This document shows positions 18,133 through 29,395 of a stretch of 64,000 nucleotides of DNA, piece after piece; position 1 is the stretch's first letter; each line of letters begins with the position of its first letter. Position numbers and translations under genes: made by a program. Below the pieces are notes generated by a model. That model saw nothing but the letters and a program-made list of their open reading frames with translations. It had not been told where the DNA came from and made no database searches. This stretch comes from Rhodocyclaceae bacterium (GTDB lineage: Bacteria; Pseudomonadota; Gammaproteobacteria; Burkholderiales; Rhodocyclaceae). The stretch spans positions 1,112 through 65,111 of the forward strand of contig JAUXOM010000031.1 in the NCBI GenBank assembly GCA_030682175.1. The letters are read 5' to 3'.

Positions 18133-18408
18133 GTGGTCGTGACCAATCATCAACGCAGCACCGCCATCGTGATTCGCAATGACGGCAGCAAGGTTACGCT
18201 GGTGCCGATGAAAAGCGGCAAGCTGTCCGCGCGCACCGTGAGTTTTGCGGAATTTCGTACCGAGTGGCGGGAAACTGGATATGCGCTGTCACTGGCGCTG
18301 ACCACCTTCCTGACCCACGTCATGCGCTGGGGCGCATCGCTCGAAGCTGCGCGTGGCCTGGAAAAGTTGGCCGCCCGCGATCGCTTCGTGGTGGCCAGTC
18401 TGTTCTGA
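18133..18408 (+). CDS. Hypothetical protein (91 aa)
   Basis: GGGGAG RBS with GTG start, plausible codon usage. Confidence 0.55.
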   Translation: MVVTNHQRSTAIVIRNDGSKVTLVPMKSGKLSARTVSFAEFRTEWRETGYALSLALTTFLTHVMRWGASLEAARGLEKLAARDRFVVASLF

Positions 18409-18432
18409 TCTGCACAGGACCGCTGCCAGCGC

Positions 18433-18505
18433 AAAAGTCGGCGTGACCGCAGGGAATCCCCTTTTCGGGACTGGCGGGATGAAATGCCCCGCATGGGGTA
18501 CGGCG
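18433..18505 (+). repeat. Core motif carrying both a 27-nt and a 21-nt hairpin insert
   Basis: AAAAGTCGGCG[TGACCGCAGGGAATCCCCTTTTCGGGA]CTGGCGGGA[TGAAATGCCCCGCATGGGGTA]CGGCG. Confidence 0.85.
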
Positions 18506-18587
18506 CTGGCGGCTGTGCATGGCGTGGCAAGCAGCGCAGGCCGTGTTAATCTATCTCCATCAACTAATAATGTCAGGTGATTTCATC

Positions 18588-19805
18588 ATGCATCGCAAAC
18601 CCTGGATGACAACTCTGCTGCTGGCAGCGTTGTGTTGTGGCAATGCCTGGGCTACCCAACCTGACGATGCTGCGACCCTTACCGTGCGCGGGTTTGGCAC
18701 CTTGGGCGTGGCGCGCTCATCTTCGGATCAGGCCGAATTCGCGCGCGATTTCTCGCAGCCGAAAGGCATCAAGGGTGGGCAATGGTCGGGGCGCATCGAT
18801 AGCGTGCTTGGCGTGCAGGCCAACTGGCAGGCAACGCCCCAACTGGAGTTGGTGGGCCAGGTGGTCAGTCGCTATCGCTACGACGAGAGCCGCGTTCCCG
18901 AAGTGATGTGGGCCTTTGCCAAATGGGAACCGGATGCCCGGCTTGCCCTGCGGGCCGGTCGGATTGGCGCCGATTTCATGATGCTTGCCGATTCGCGGCT
19001 GGTGGGATATTCCAGTCTGACAGTGCGGCCATCGACAGATTTTTTCGGCCCGTTGTTCTTTTCCCATTTCGATGGCGCCGATGCCAGCCTGACCGTGCCG
19101 CTGGGTAACGGCCTGGCCCGTGGCAAGGTTTTCGGCGGCACGATAAGTGAAAAGACACCATTGGCCGTGGAGATCTGGGATACCAGCGGTGCGTCGACAC
19201 GCGGGCTGGTGTTTGATTACCTGACCGGTCCATGGCAGTTGCGTGCCAGCACGGCATATGTCGAGTATTCGAATGACATACAATTTGCCCGGCAACTTGC
19301 CATCACCCTGCGAGCCTCTGGTGCCGCCGCCGCCGCCGCTGATGCCCTGAAAGTCGCCGGAACCACAACGCGCTACGATTCATTGGGTGTGGCCTATGAC
19401 GCCGGACCATTGCAGGTGCAGGCCATGCTCAACAGTATCCGTCACGAGGCGGGCTTATTGCACAACTCGCACGCCGGCTACCTGTTGGCGGGTTACCGGC
19501 TTGGGGCGCTGATGCCGTATGCCGGTGTGTCCTGGTGGAAGAGCAGGCTGAAATCACCAGCTCTGCCCAATACGGCTTCCGCGGATTTGAACCGGGAATA
19601 TGATCAAGTCATGGGGGTGTCAGTGGCCGATCAGACCACCTATACACTGGGTGCGCGCTGGAGCCTGTGCAGAAATACTGCAATCAAGTTGCAGTGGGAC
19701 GCCATTCGCGGCAGTGCGTCCTCGCGACTCCCGCTTCCCCACAGCCAGCCGGGCTGGAACGGGCGCACCGATGTCATTTCGGCTGTCGTCGATTTCATTT
19801 TCTGA
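18588..19805 (+). CDS. Putative outer-membrane beta-barrel (porin-like) protein
   Basis: Signal peptide, GFGTLG N-terminal motif, alternating beta-strand pattern, C-terminal VDFIF. Confidence 0.75.
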   Translation: MHRKPWMTTLLLAALCCGNAWATQPDDAATLTVRGFGTLGVARSSSDQAEFARDFSQPKGIKGGQWSGRIDSVLGVQANWQATPQLELVGQVVSRYRYDESRVPEVMWAFAKWEPDARLALRAGRIGADFMMLADSRLVGYSSLTVRPSTDFFGPLFFSHFDGADASLTVPLGNGLARGKVFGGTISEKTPLAVEIWDTSGASTRGLVFDYLTGPWQLRASTAYVEYSNDIQFARQLAITLRASGAAAAAADALKVAGTTTRYDSLGVAYDAGPLQVQAMLNSIRHEAGLLHNSHAGYLLAGYRLGALMPYAGVSWWKSRLKSPALPNTASADLNREYDQVMGVSVADQTTYTLGARWSLCRNTAIKLQWDAIRGSASSRLPLPHSQPGWNGRTDVISAVVDFIF

Positions 19806-19809
19806 CAGC

Positions 19810-20235
19810 ATGACCCTCCGCTACATTCTCCTCAGCCTGTTCCTGATGCTGCTGGCGCCACACGCGGCAGCCGATCTGGTGGTGGTTGCCAACCCGAAGA
19901 GTGGCATCGAGCGTCTGTCGCAGGACGAAGTCATCAACATCTATCTGGGACGTTACCGCCGGCTGGCTTCCGGCATCACTGCCGAGCCGGTCGATCTGCC
20001 GGGCGATGCAGAACAGAAGCTGCGGTTTTACCGTCGTCTGGTGGGCAAGACGCTGGCCGAGATTAACGCCTACTGGGCGCGTCTGGTGTTTTCCGGCCGA
20101 ACACGCCCCCCGCAGATCGCCGAAAATGCCGAGGCCGCCCTGGATTTTGTGGCTGCCCGTCCCGGCGCGCTGGCTTATGTCGAGCGTACCCAGGTCGACA
20201 AGCGGGTGCGGATTGTCTTCGAGTTGGGTGAATAG
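19810..20235 (+). CDS. Small periplasmic binding-protein-like protein (PstS/PBP2-like)
   Basis: Signal peptide, then ADLVVVANP, IYLGR, YWARLVFSG, PGALAY. Confidence 0.75.
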   Translation: MTLRYILLSLFLMLLAPHAAADLVVVANPKSGIERLSQDEVINIYLGRYRRLASGITAEPVDLPGDAEQKLRFYRRLVGKTLAEINAYWARLVFSGRTRPPQIAENAEAALDFVAARPGALAYVERTQVDKRVRIVFELGE

Positions 20236-20241
20236 CCAGGC

Positions 20242-22707
20242 ATGAAAAGCCAGACCCACTGGTGGCATGGCCTGCTTGCGCGCAGCCTGATGGCGGTAGT
20301 GGGCATCGCCTTGTTGATGGGGGGCGCCTCCAGCGTATTGGTGAGCCGGGTCGCCGGAGAGCGCGCCTACGAGCAGGCCATGGTCAAACTGGACGAATTG
20401 CTCGACACCGTCGAGAGCACGGCCACCATTGCCGCTTTTGTTGGCGACGAACAGTTGGCGAAAGAGCTTGCGCAAGGCCTGATGCGCAATAGCGAGGTGT
20501 TGCGGGTAACAATACGCGGCAATGAACATGGTAATGAGCGCGAGTTGGCGCGCGCGGAACGGGCACCACCAAGCCCCGCTGTGAACGAAGGAAGTCCCCG
20601 CGGGACTGGCGGGATGAAGGATCCCGCAACGGGTGCGGAGAGCAACAGGACACTGATTCCATCCGTCAAACGCCAGTTGTATTCACCCTTTACCCCGCAC
20701 GAAGCCGTCGGCGAGATCCGTCTCGATGCGGATCAGGATGTCATCGATGCGCGCATGGCGAACGACGCCCGCTTCATCAGCCTGCTGCTGGCGGGTCAAT
20801 TGGCCCTGGTGATTGCCGCAGCGGCAGCCGCAATGCTGTTTCTGGTGGTGCGGCCAATCAAGGCAACCTCCGACCGCCTGCATCGCCTTGATGCCGCCAA
20901 GGGGGAGCGTCTTGCCGTGCCGGAAAGCCATGCACGCTCGGAACTGGGCCGCCTGGTCGAGGACATCAATAATCTCACGGCGCGACTGGTGGCAACCATC
21001 GGCATCGAGAGCGACCTGCTCCGTCAGCAGGTGATCGACCAGCGCAAATATCAGGATCTTTTCGAAAATGCGGCCTTTGGCATCTTTGTCGCCGATCATG
21101 CCGGACGTCTCGAGTCATTCAACCTTGCCTATGCATCATTGACCTGGCTGTCCCGGCGCAAGGAAGCCGTTGGCCGCTGGTTGACCGAAGCCGGTTGGGC
21201 AAACCCCGAACAACTGCTGGCCCTGTTGCGCAACAGCCTGAATGCGGCCGATAACCAGGCGTTGGAGGAAGACTTCCTGCTCATCGGCCAGCGGAAGGAT
21301 GAGCGCTGGCTGCATGTCGCCGTGACACCGCTGGGCAACGGCAGCGTGCAGGGCATCGTTACCGATGTGACGCAGCGCCGCAGCGAGGAAATCTCGGCCC
21401 GCCAGCTTGCCGTAACCGACGCCTTGACCGGGTTTGCCAATCGCTCCGGCCTGCAAAATGCCCTGTCCGGCATCGGTCCGGACACGCCGCCATTTGCCCT
21501 GGTGATGATCGATCTGGATGGCTTCAGGCGCATCAATGACGCCATGGGGTTTCAGGTGGGCGACCAGTTGCTGATGATGGTGGCGGCACGCATCCGCAAG
21601 CTGCTCGAAGACGGGGATCGGGCGGCGCGGGTTGGTGGCGATGAGTTTGCGCTGGTGCTCGCCGGTGAGCGCGGCAGCGCCGCGATCGATCTACGGGTTG
21701 GCCAACTGCTGCAGTTGATCGGGCAAGCTTATGACGTGAATATATCCGGCGGTCGCGAGGAGATCGACATTTCGGCAAGCGCCGGCATCGCCTTTTTCCC
21801 GAGCGACGGTGCCGATCTGCACGAACTCCTGCGCAGCACCGAACTCGCATTGAACAGCGTCCAGGCCAGCGGTGGGCGCAAATACTGTTATTTTGACCTT
21901 GCCCAGCAGACCGCCGTCGAGCATCGTCGCCGGCTGGAGGACGACCTGCGTCACGCGCTGGATGGCGGAGAGCTGCATCTGGTCTTCCAGCCGGTCGTCG
22001 ATCTCGCCAGCGGCCAACCGGTGGGCGCCGAAGCCTTGCTGCGCTGGTCGCATCCGGTGCGCGGCCTGGTTTCACCGGAAGTCTTCATCCCGCTTGCCGA
22101 GGATCTCGGTCTGATCGGCGAGATCGGCCTGATGGTACTTGACGAGGCCTGCCGGCAGGTGGCCGCCTGGCGCAAGGCCGGGCTCGATTTGTCTGTATCG
22201 GTCAACGTCTCGGTGCGGCAGATTCCGGAAGACCTGCCACCCTTGACCGTGGCCACCATGCTCAAGCAGCATGGTTTGCCGCCCACGGCGGTTGCCATCG
22301 AGATCACCGAGGGGGTGCTGATGAACAACGTTGCGGTGGCGCAAAGCTGGATCGAATACCTGCGTGCCGACGGCATGCGGGTTTATCTGGATGACTTCGG
22401 TACCGGGTATTCATCATTGTCATATCTGAAGCGCTTTGCGCTGGACACCGTGAAGATCGACAAGTCTTTCGTTCGCGACATGAGCGAGGACAACAATGAC
22501 CGCGCCCTGGTCGATGCGATTGTCACGATGGCGCGAAGTCTTGGCCTGCAGGTCATCGCCGAGGGCATCGAAACCCAGGCGCAGCTCGACATACTGCGCC
22601 AGATGGGTTGCGGCTACGGGCAAGGTTACTTCTTCTCGAAACCCGTGAAAGCCGATGAGTTCGTCACGGCCATTGCGAAAATCAGCGCCGTAGCAGCGCG
22701 CGGCTGA
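20242..22707 (+). CDS. Membrane sensor with HAMP-PAS-GGDEF-EAL domains
   Basis: Two TMs, HAMP-like ELGRL, GGDEF, EALLRW, DDFGTGYSSLSYL. Confidence 0.92.
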   Translation: MKSQTHWWHGLLARSLMAVVGIALLMGGASSVLVSRVAGERAYEQAMVKLDELLDTVESTATIAAFVGDEQLAKELAQGLMRNSEVLRVTIRGNEHGNERELARAERAPPSPAVNEGSPRGTGGMKDPATGAESNRTLIPSVKRQLYSPFTPHEAVGEIRLDADQDVIDARMANDARFISLLLAGQLALVIAAAAAAMLFLVVRPIKATSDRLHRLDAAKGERLAVPESHARSELGRLVEDINNLTARLVATIGIESDLLRQQVIDQRKYQDLFENAAFGIFVADHAGRLESFNLAYASLTWLSRRKEAVGRWLTEAGWANPEQLLALLRNSLNAADNQALEEDFLLIGQRKDERWLHVAVTPLGNGSVQGIVTDVTQRRSEEISARQLAVTDALTGFANRSGLQNALSGIGPDTPPFALVMIDLDGFRRINDAMGFQVGDQLLMMVAARIRKLLEDGDRAARVGGDEFALVLAGERGSAAIDLRVGQLLQLIGQAYDVNISGGREEIDISASAGIAFFPSDGADLHELLRSTELALNSVQASGGRKYCYFDLAQQTAVEHRRRLEDDLRHALDGGELHLVFQPVVDLASGQPVGAEALLRWSHPVRGLVSPEVFIPLAEDLGLIGEIGLMVLDEACRQVAAWRKAGLDLSVSVNVSVRQIPEDLPPLTVATMLKQHGLPPTAVAIEITEGVLMNNVAVAQSWIEYLRADGMRVYLDDFGTGYSSLSYLKRFALDTVKIDKSFVRDMSEDNNDRALVDAIVTMARSLGLQVIAEGIETQAQLDILRQMGCGYGQGYFFSKPVKADEFVTAIAKISAVAARG
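20571..20640 (+). repeat. Degenerate core motif with 24-nt and 21-nt inserts inside the EAL gene
   Basis: [TGAACGAAGGAAGTCCCCGCGGGA]CTGGCGGGA[TGAAGGATCCCGCAACGGGTG]CGGAG; left arm poorly conserved. Confidence 0.7.
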
Positions 22708-22737
22708 AGCCAGCGACCCGGGGCGACCCGCGCCCGG

Positions 22738-24384
22738 CTACATTCCCTGATAAATCGGCCCTTCGCCACCCTGCGGGCTTACCCAGTCGATATTCTGGCC
22801 GGGGTCCTTGATATCGCAGGTCTTGCAATGCACGCAATTCTGCGCATTGATCTGCAGGCGCGGAACAGCGTTCTCCGTGACGATTTCATACACGCCGGCG
22901 GGGCAGTAGCGCTGTTCGGGCGCGTCATACAGCGCCAGGTTATGGCTGATCGCCAGGGCGGGGTCTTTCAGTCGCAGGTGGCAGGGCTGGTCTTCCTCGT
23001 GATTGGTATTGGAGAGAAAGACCGAGGACAGCCGGTCGAAGGTGAGGGTGCCGTCCGGTTTTGGATAGTCGATCGGGGCGCACTGCGTGGCGGGTTTCAG
23101 TTTGCCGTGATCGGCGGTCAGTCCCAGCGTCCATGGCGCCTTGCCGCGCAACACCTGCTGATCGATGCCGAACAGCAGTGAGCCGAGCCACAGGCCCTTG
23201 CTCATCAGTGGTTTGAAGTTGCGCGCCTGGTGCAGTTCGTCGAACAGCCAGGACTGGCGGAACTTTTTCGGGTACGCGGTGAGTTCGTCGCCGGCCCGTG
23301 CATCTGCCAGCGCCGCGGCGGCGGCTTCCGCCGCCAGCATGCCCGATTTGATGGCGGCGTGCGAACCCTTGATGCGCGAGGCGACGAGAAAGCCGGCATC
23401 GTCACCGATCAGCGCTCCGCCGGGGAAAATCAGTTTTGGCAGGGCCTGCAGGCCGCCGGAGGTCATCGCCCGCGCACCGTAAGCCAGTCGTTTGCCATCG
23501 GTCAGCATCGGGCGGATGGCGGGGTGGGTCTTCAGTCGCTGCATTTCCTCGAAGGGGGCCAGATAGGGATTGCTGTAGCCAAGGCCGACGACCAGGCCGA
23601 TGGCGATCAGGTTGGGCTGCGTGGGGTTGCCACTCATTCCGCCATAGTGATAGCAGAAGCCGCCGCCGTAAGTGTCGGCACTCAGGGGCCAGCCGGCGGT
23701 ATGCATCACCAGGCCATTGACGTGCTGCGCGGCAGGTACTTCCCAGAGTTCCTTGAGCCCTAAGCCATATACCTGCGGTGCGGCGCCGGCGCGCAGGTTG
23801 AAACGCTGTTCCAGCCGCTTGCCGAGATGACCACGGCAGCCCTCGGCGAACAGGGTGTATTTGCCGCGCAGTTCCATGCCCGGCTGATAGCCTGGACCGG
23901 CTTGGCCATCCTTGCCGATGCCCATGTCACCGGTGACGACGCCGACAACGCGACCATCTTCCTCGATGAATTCGGCGGCGGCAAACCCCGGATAGATCTC
24001 GACGCCCAGCGCCTCGGCTTGCGCGCCCAGCCAGCGGCACACCTCGCCCAGGCTGATGACATAATTGCCGTCATTGTGGAAGCAGCCAGGGAGCAGGGCA
24101 TTGGGCAATTGGCGACTGCCGCTGGCAGTCAGCAGGAGAAAACGGTCTTCACTGACCAGCGTGTCGAGCGGGGCGTTGCGTTCCTGCCAGTCGGGAAACA
24201 ATTCGGTCAGCGCGCGCGGATCCATCACCGCGCCGGAGAGGATGTGGGCGCCGATCTCGGCACCTTTTTCGATCAGGCAGACGCCGAGTTCCGGGTTCAG
24301 CTGCTTGAGCCGGATGGCCGCCGCCAGTCCCGCCGGCCCGCCACCCACCACCACCACATCGAATTCCATTGCTTCGCGTTCCAT
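22738..24384 (-). CDS. Electron transfer flavoprotein-ubiquinone oxidoreductase
   Basis: VVVVGGGPAGL, HILSGA, CPAGVYE, CVHCKTCDIKDP. Confidence 0.96.
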   Translation of the reverse strand: MEREAMEFDVVVVGGGPAGLAAAIRLKQLNPELGVCLIEKGAEIGAHILSGAVMDPRALTELFPDWQERNAPLDTLVSEDRFLLLTASGSRQLPNALLPGCFHNDGNYVISLGEVCRWLGAQAEALGVEIYPGFAAAEFIEEDGRVVGVVTGDMGIGKDGQAGPGYQPGMELRGKYTLFAEGCRGHLGKRLEQRFNLRAGAAPQVYGLGLKELWEVPAAQHVNGLVMHTAGWPLSADTYGGGFCYHYGGMSGNPTQPNLIAIGLVVGLGYSNPYLAPFEEMQRLKTHPAIRPMLTDGKRLAYGARAMTSGGLQALPKLIFPGGALIGDDAGFLVASRIKGSHAAIKSGMLAAEAAAAALADARAGDELTAYPKKFRQSWLFDELHQARNFKPLMSKGLWLGSLLFGIDQQVLRGKAPWTLGLTADHGKLKPATQCAPIDYPKPDGTLTFDRLSSVFLSNTNHEEDQPCHLRLKDPALAISHNLALYDAPEQRYCPAGVYEIVTENAVPRLQINAQNCVHCKTCDIKDPGQNIDWVSPQGGEGPIYQGM

Positions 24385-24452
24385 GACGTTTCTCCCAAGG
24401 CGGTGACGAGGCGCGATTATAATTTGCCAATCCCATTCTGGCTGCCGCGATC

Positions 24453-24867
24453 ATGGAACATCCGCACCACCTGGTCCACACTACGCACATTCCCGTACGC
24501 TGGGGCGACATGGACGCGCTGGGCCATGTCAACAACACCGTCTATTTCCGCTTTGCCGAGCAGGCGCGCATCGACTGGATGACCTCCCTGGGCTTTGCCG
24601 ATATCGTCGAAGTCGAGGAGGGGCCGGTGATCATCAACGCGAGCTGCACCTTTCTCAAGCCGATTACATTTCCGGCCACCGTGGAGGTGCGCACGCTGAT
24701 CGGCAAGCCGGGCAAAAGCAGTTTGCCGACCTATTACGAAATGCGCTGTGTCGGCCAAGGTGACGATGGCACGCTCTACGCCGAGGGCGCCGCCAAGATC
24801 GTCTGGTGGAATCCGCGCACCGGCAAGTCGCAGGCGCTGCCCGATTTCATTCGCGCGATTTACCCGC

Positions 24868-24875
<8 letters not shown>
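24453..24875 (+). CDS. Acyl-CoA thioesterase (4HBT/YbgC family)
   Basis: [17 protein letters not shown] hotdog motif. Confidence 0.9.
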
Positions 24876-26856
<1,981 letters not shown>

Positions 26857-27753
26857 TCAGGCGGCGCTGGTTTCCGCCGTCCAGCCAGTCCCACGGGGAT
26901 TTCCTGCGGTCACGCCGACTTTCTCGATGGCCAAGGTATCGGCCAGCCAAGGCAGCGTTTCACGCATCTCCTTGGCGAGGGTCCACGGCGGATTGACGAC
27001 GAAGACGCCGCTGCCGTGCATGCCGAGGCCTTCGGCGCCGGGGTTCTGCACGGTCAGCGTGACATTGAGCCAGTCCGGCGCGAGCTTCTTCAGCCGGCCG
27101 GCCAGTAGGATGCTTTCATTCCGCTGCAGCAGCGGATACCAGATCAGGTAAGTGCCGGTGGCGAAACGCGCCAGGCCTTCCTTCACGGCCGTGACCACGC
27201 GGGCATAGTCGCGCTTGTCTTCATAGGCCGGGTCGATGACGATCAGGCCGCGGCGCGGCGGTGGCGGCAGCAGGGTTTGCAGTCCGGTGAAGCCGTCCTC
27301 CTGGCGAATCGCCACACGCTTGCTGGCGTGCGGGTCGACAAACGCGACGGCCTCGCCCAGCAGGCGCACATCGGCCGGATGCAGTTCAAACAAGCGTAGC
27401 TGATCCCGCGGACGCAACAGGCGCAGCGTCAGCAGGGGCGAACCGGGGTAGCGGCGCAATTGGCCATCCGGGTTGTCGTGGCGCACGGCGGCAACGTAAG
27501 CGGCGAGCAGCGGCGGCAGGTCGGCGCGTGCCCATAGCCGGCCAATGCCATCCGCGTATTCGGGGCTGTGTTGCGCGGCATGGGACTTCGCCCGGCCGGC
27601 GTCGAACCGATAGCCGCCGGCGCCCGCATGGGTGTCGATCACCCAGTAAGGCTTGTCCTTCTGGTTGAAATAGGCCAGCGTCGCCAGCAAGACGGTGTGC
27701 TTGAGGACATCGGCGTGGTTGCCGGCATGGAAGACGTGGCGGTAGCTGAGCAT
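26857..27753 (-). CDS. rlmJ: 23S rRNA m6A2030 methyltransferase RlmJ
   Basis: MLSYRHVFHAGNHADVLKH, DTHAGAG, YPGSP, IDPAYE. Confidence 0.95.
   Translation of the reverse strand: MLSYRHVFHAGNHADVLKHTVLLATLAYFNQKDKPYWVIDTHAGAGGYRFDAGRAKSHAAQHSPEYADGIGRLWARADLPPLLAAYVAAVRHDNPDGQLRRYPGSPLLTLRLLRPRDQLRLFELHPADVRLLGEAVAFVDPHASKRVAIRQEDGFTGLQTLLPPPPRRGLIVIDPAYEDKRDYARVVTAVKEGLARFATGTYLIWYPLLQRNESILLAGRLKKLAPDWLNVTLTVQNPGAEGLGMHGSGVFVVNPPWTLAKEMRETLPWLADTLAIEKVGVTAGNPRGTGWTAETSAA
26875..26922 (-). repeat. Core motif with 24-nt insert inside rlmJ 3' end
   Basis: Reverse complement AAAGTCGGCG[TGACCGCAGGAAATCCCCGTGGGA]CTGGCTGGACGGCG. Confidence 0.88.
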
Positions 27754-27779
27754 GACGGGCGGGGGATAGAATGCGCGGC

Positions 27780-28610
27780 ATGAATGATACCTCCTCCCCG
27801 CGCCCGAAAATCCGCGCTGTGCGTGTTGCGCGGCACGTTGCCGCACCTGCTGCCGCGCCCGTCCAAGCGGCAGCGCCGAGTGGCGTGCGCATCTCGAAAC
27901 TGCTCGCCGAGCGCGGCCTGTGCTCGCGGCGCGAGGCCGATGCCTACATCGAGCGCGGGCTGGTGCATGTCAATGGCGAACAGGTGACGCAGCTCGGCAC
28001 ACGCGCCGCGCCGGATGCCGAGATCACGCTGGCGACGGCAGCCCGTGAGCAGCAGGCGCGGCAGGCGACGATTCTGGTGCACAAGCCGATCGGTTATGTG
28101 TCCGGCCAGGCCGAAGATGGCCATCAGCCGGCAATCGTCCTGGTCGTCCCCGCTGGCCAGATGGCCGGCCAGGTTGTCGATGGGCAACGCTTTCATGCCG
28201 GCTGCCTGAAGGGACTGGCGCCCGCCGGCCGGCTCGACATCGATTCGACGGGGCTGCTGGTGCTGACGCAGGATGGCCGCGTCGCGCGCCAGTTGATCGG
28301 TGCGGACAGCGACATCGAGAAGGAATATCTGGTGCGCGTCGAGGGGCGGCTCGATGACAAGGGACTGGCTTTGTTGAATCATGGCCTGTCGCTCGATGAC
28401 AAGCCCTTGCGCCCGGCCAGGGTGAGCTGGCAGAACGAAGACCAGCTGCGTTTCATCCTGAAAGAGGGGAAAAAACGGCAGATTCGCCGCATGTGCGAAC
28501 TGGTCGGTCTGCGGGTCACCGGCTTGAAGCGCGTGCGTATCGGACGCCTGGTGCTGGGCGACCTGCCTGTGGGGCAGTGGCGCTATTTAAGGCCGGATGA
28601 AAGGTTTTAG
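27780..28610 (+). CDS. rRNA pseudouridine synthase (RsuA/RluF family) with S4 domain
   Basis: [37 protein letters not shown]. Confidence 0.92.
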   Translation: MNDTSSPRPKIRAVRVARHVAAPAAAPVQAAAPSGVRISKLLAERGLCSRREADAYIERGLVHVNGEQVTQLGTRAAPDAEITLATAAREQQARQATILVHKPIGYVSGQAEDGHQPAIVLVVPAGQMAGQVVDGQRFHAGCLKGLAPAGRLDIDSTGLLVLTQDGRVARQLIGADSDIEKEYLVRVEGRLDDKGLALLNHGLSLDDKPLRPARVSWQNEDQLRFILKEGKKRQIRRMCELVGLRVTGLKRVRIGRLVLGDLPVGQWRYLRPDERF

Positions 28611-28673
28611 CGATAGACATAAGGCGTATTCGCGAGTATGTTTGTGCGTATATGTACACACAGGAGGCTCGCC

Positions 28674-28925
28674 ATGTTGGATACTGCCGGATCTGCTACC
28701 AAGAAGGGCCGTCTGTCCTTGTCGATCAATCAGAGTCTGCTTGATCGGCTCGAACCCTTTAAGCAGCGGATCAATCTATCAGCACAAGCCGAGCAATTCT
28801 TTGCCAGCATGCTTGAAGAATTGGAGAATCGCGCATGGGCGGAGCGTAACGCAACCGCCTTGGTAGCTCATGGGCGCGACATCGCCGCCACCGGGCTAGC
28901 CGGCGAAGAGTTCGAGCGAGTTTAG
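28674..28925 (+). CDS. ccdA: CcdA-like antitoxin
   Basis: RHH-like LSLSINQSLL, INLS, W..RN..A pattern; CAGGAGG RBS; upstream of ccdB-like gene. Confidence 0.7.
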   Translation: MLDTAGSATKKGRLSLSINQSLLDRLEPFKQRINLSAQAEQFFASMLEELENRAWAERNATALVAHGRDIAATGLAGEEFERV

Positions 28926-28928
28926 CGC

Positions 28929-29240
28929 TTGGCTCAATATCACATTTACCACAATCCGGGCCTGAAGCAGGCGGCGATTCCGTTTCTGCTTGCCGTGCAG
29001 AATGACCATATCAGCAGCCGGACAGGCGCTTGCGTGGTCATTCCTTTGCGTGCGAATGCGCAACCGGTCGAGATCATGGCGCCGCTGGTCGAGGTACCCG
29101 GAATCGGGGCATTTGTGTTGTCCGCCGACGAGATATTTGCCATAGATGTTTCGCGGCTGAAACAGCCGGTGGGGATATTAAGCCTGCCAGACCGGGCAAA
29201 GATCAAGCCCGCCATCGATAAGGTGATTGGCGAGTATTAG
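28929..29240 (+). CDS. ccdB: CcdB-like toxin
   Basis: MAQY.IY.NP, PFLLAVQND, VVIPL, I..AID pattern; TTG start. Confidence 0.78.
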   Translation: MAQYHIYHNPGLKQAAIPFLLAVQNDHISSRTGACVVIPLRANAQPVEIMAPLVEVPGIGAFVLSADEIFAIDVSRLKQPVGILSLPDRAKIKPAIDKVIGEY

Positions 29241-29243
29241 AAG

Positions 29244-29390
29244 GCCCTCCCCTCCCGGCCTCCCCGCATGGGGAGGTGACTGTTGCTCGCTGCGCTCGAA
29301 TATTACGGGGCGCGTCAATATTGATTCTGGTACGGATTGCGGCTGGCGCCGCGTGCCGCCTTTCCTTGGGGCGGCCCGGCGGAAAGGCTA
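29244..29390 (+). repeat. Structured intergenic element, copy D
   Basis: Conserved blocks as in copy A; stem GCCTTTC/GAAAGGC. Confidence 0.85.
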
Positions 29391-29395
29391 CATAG

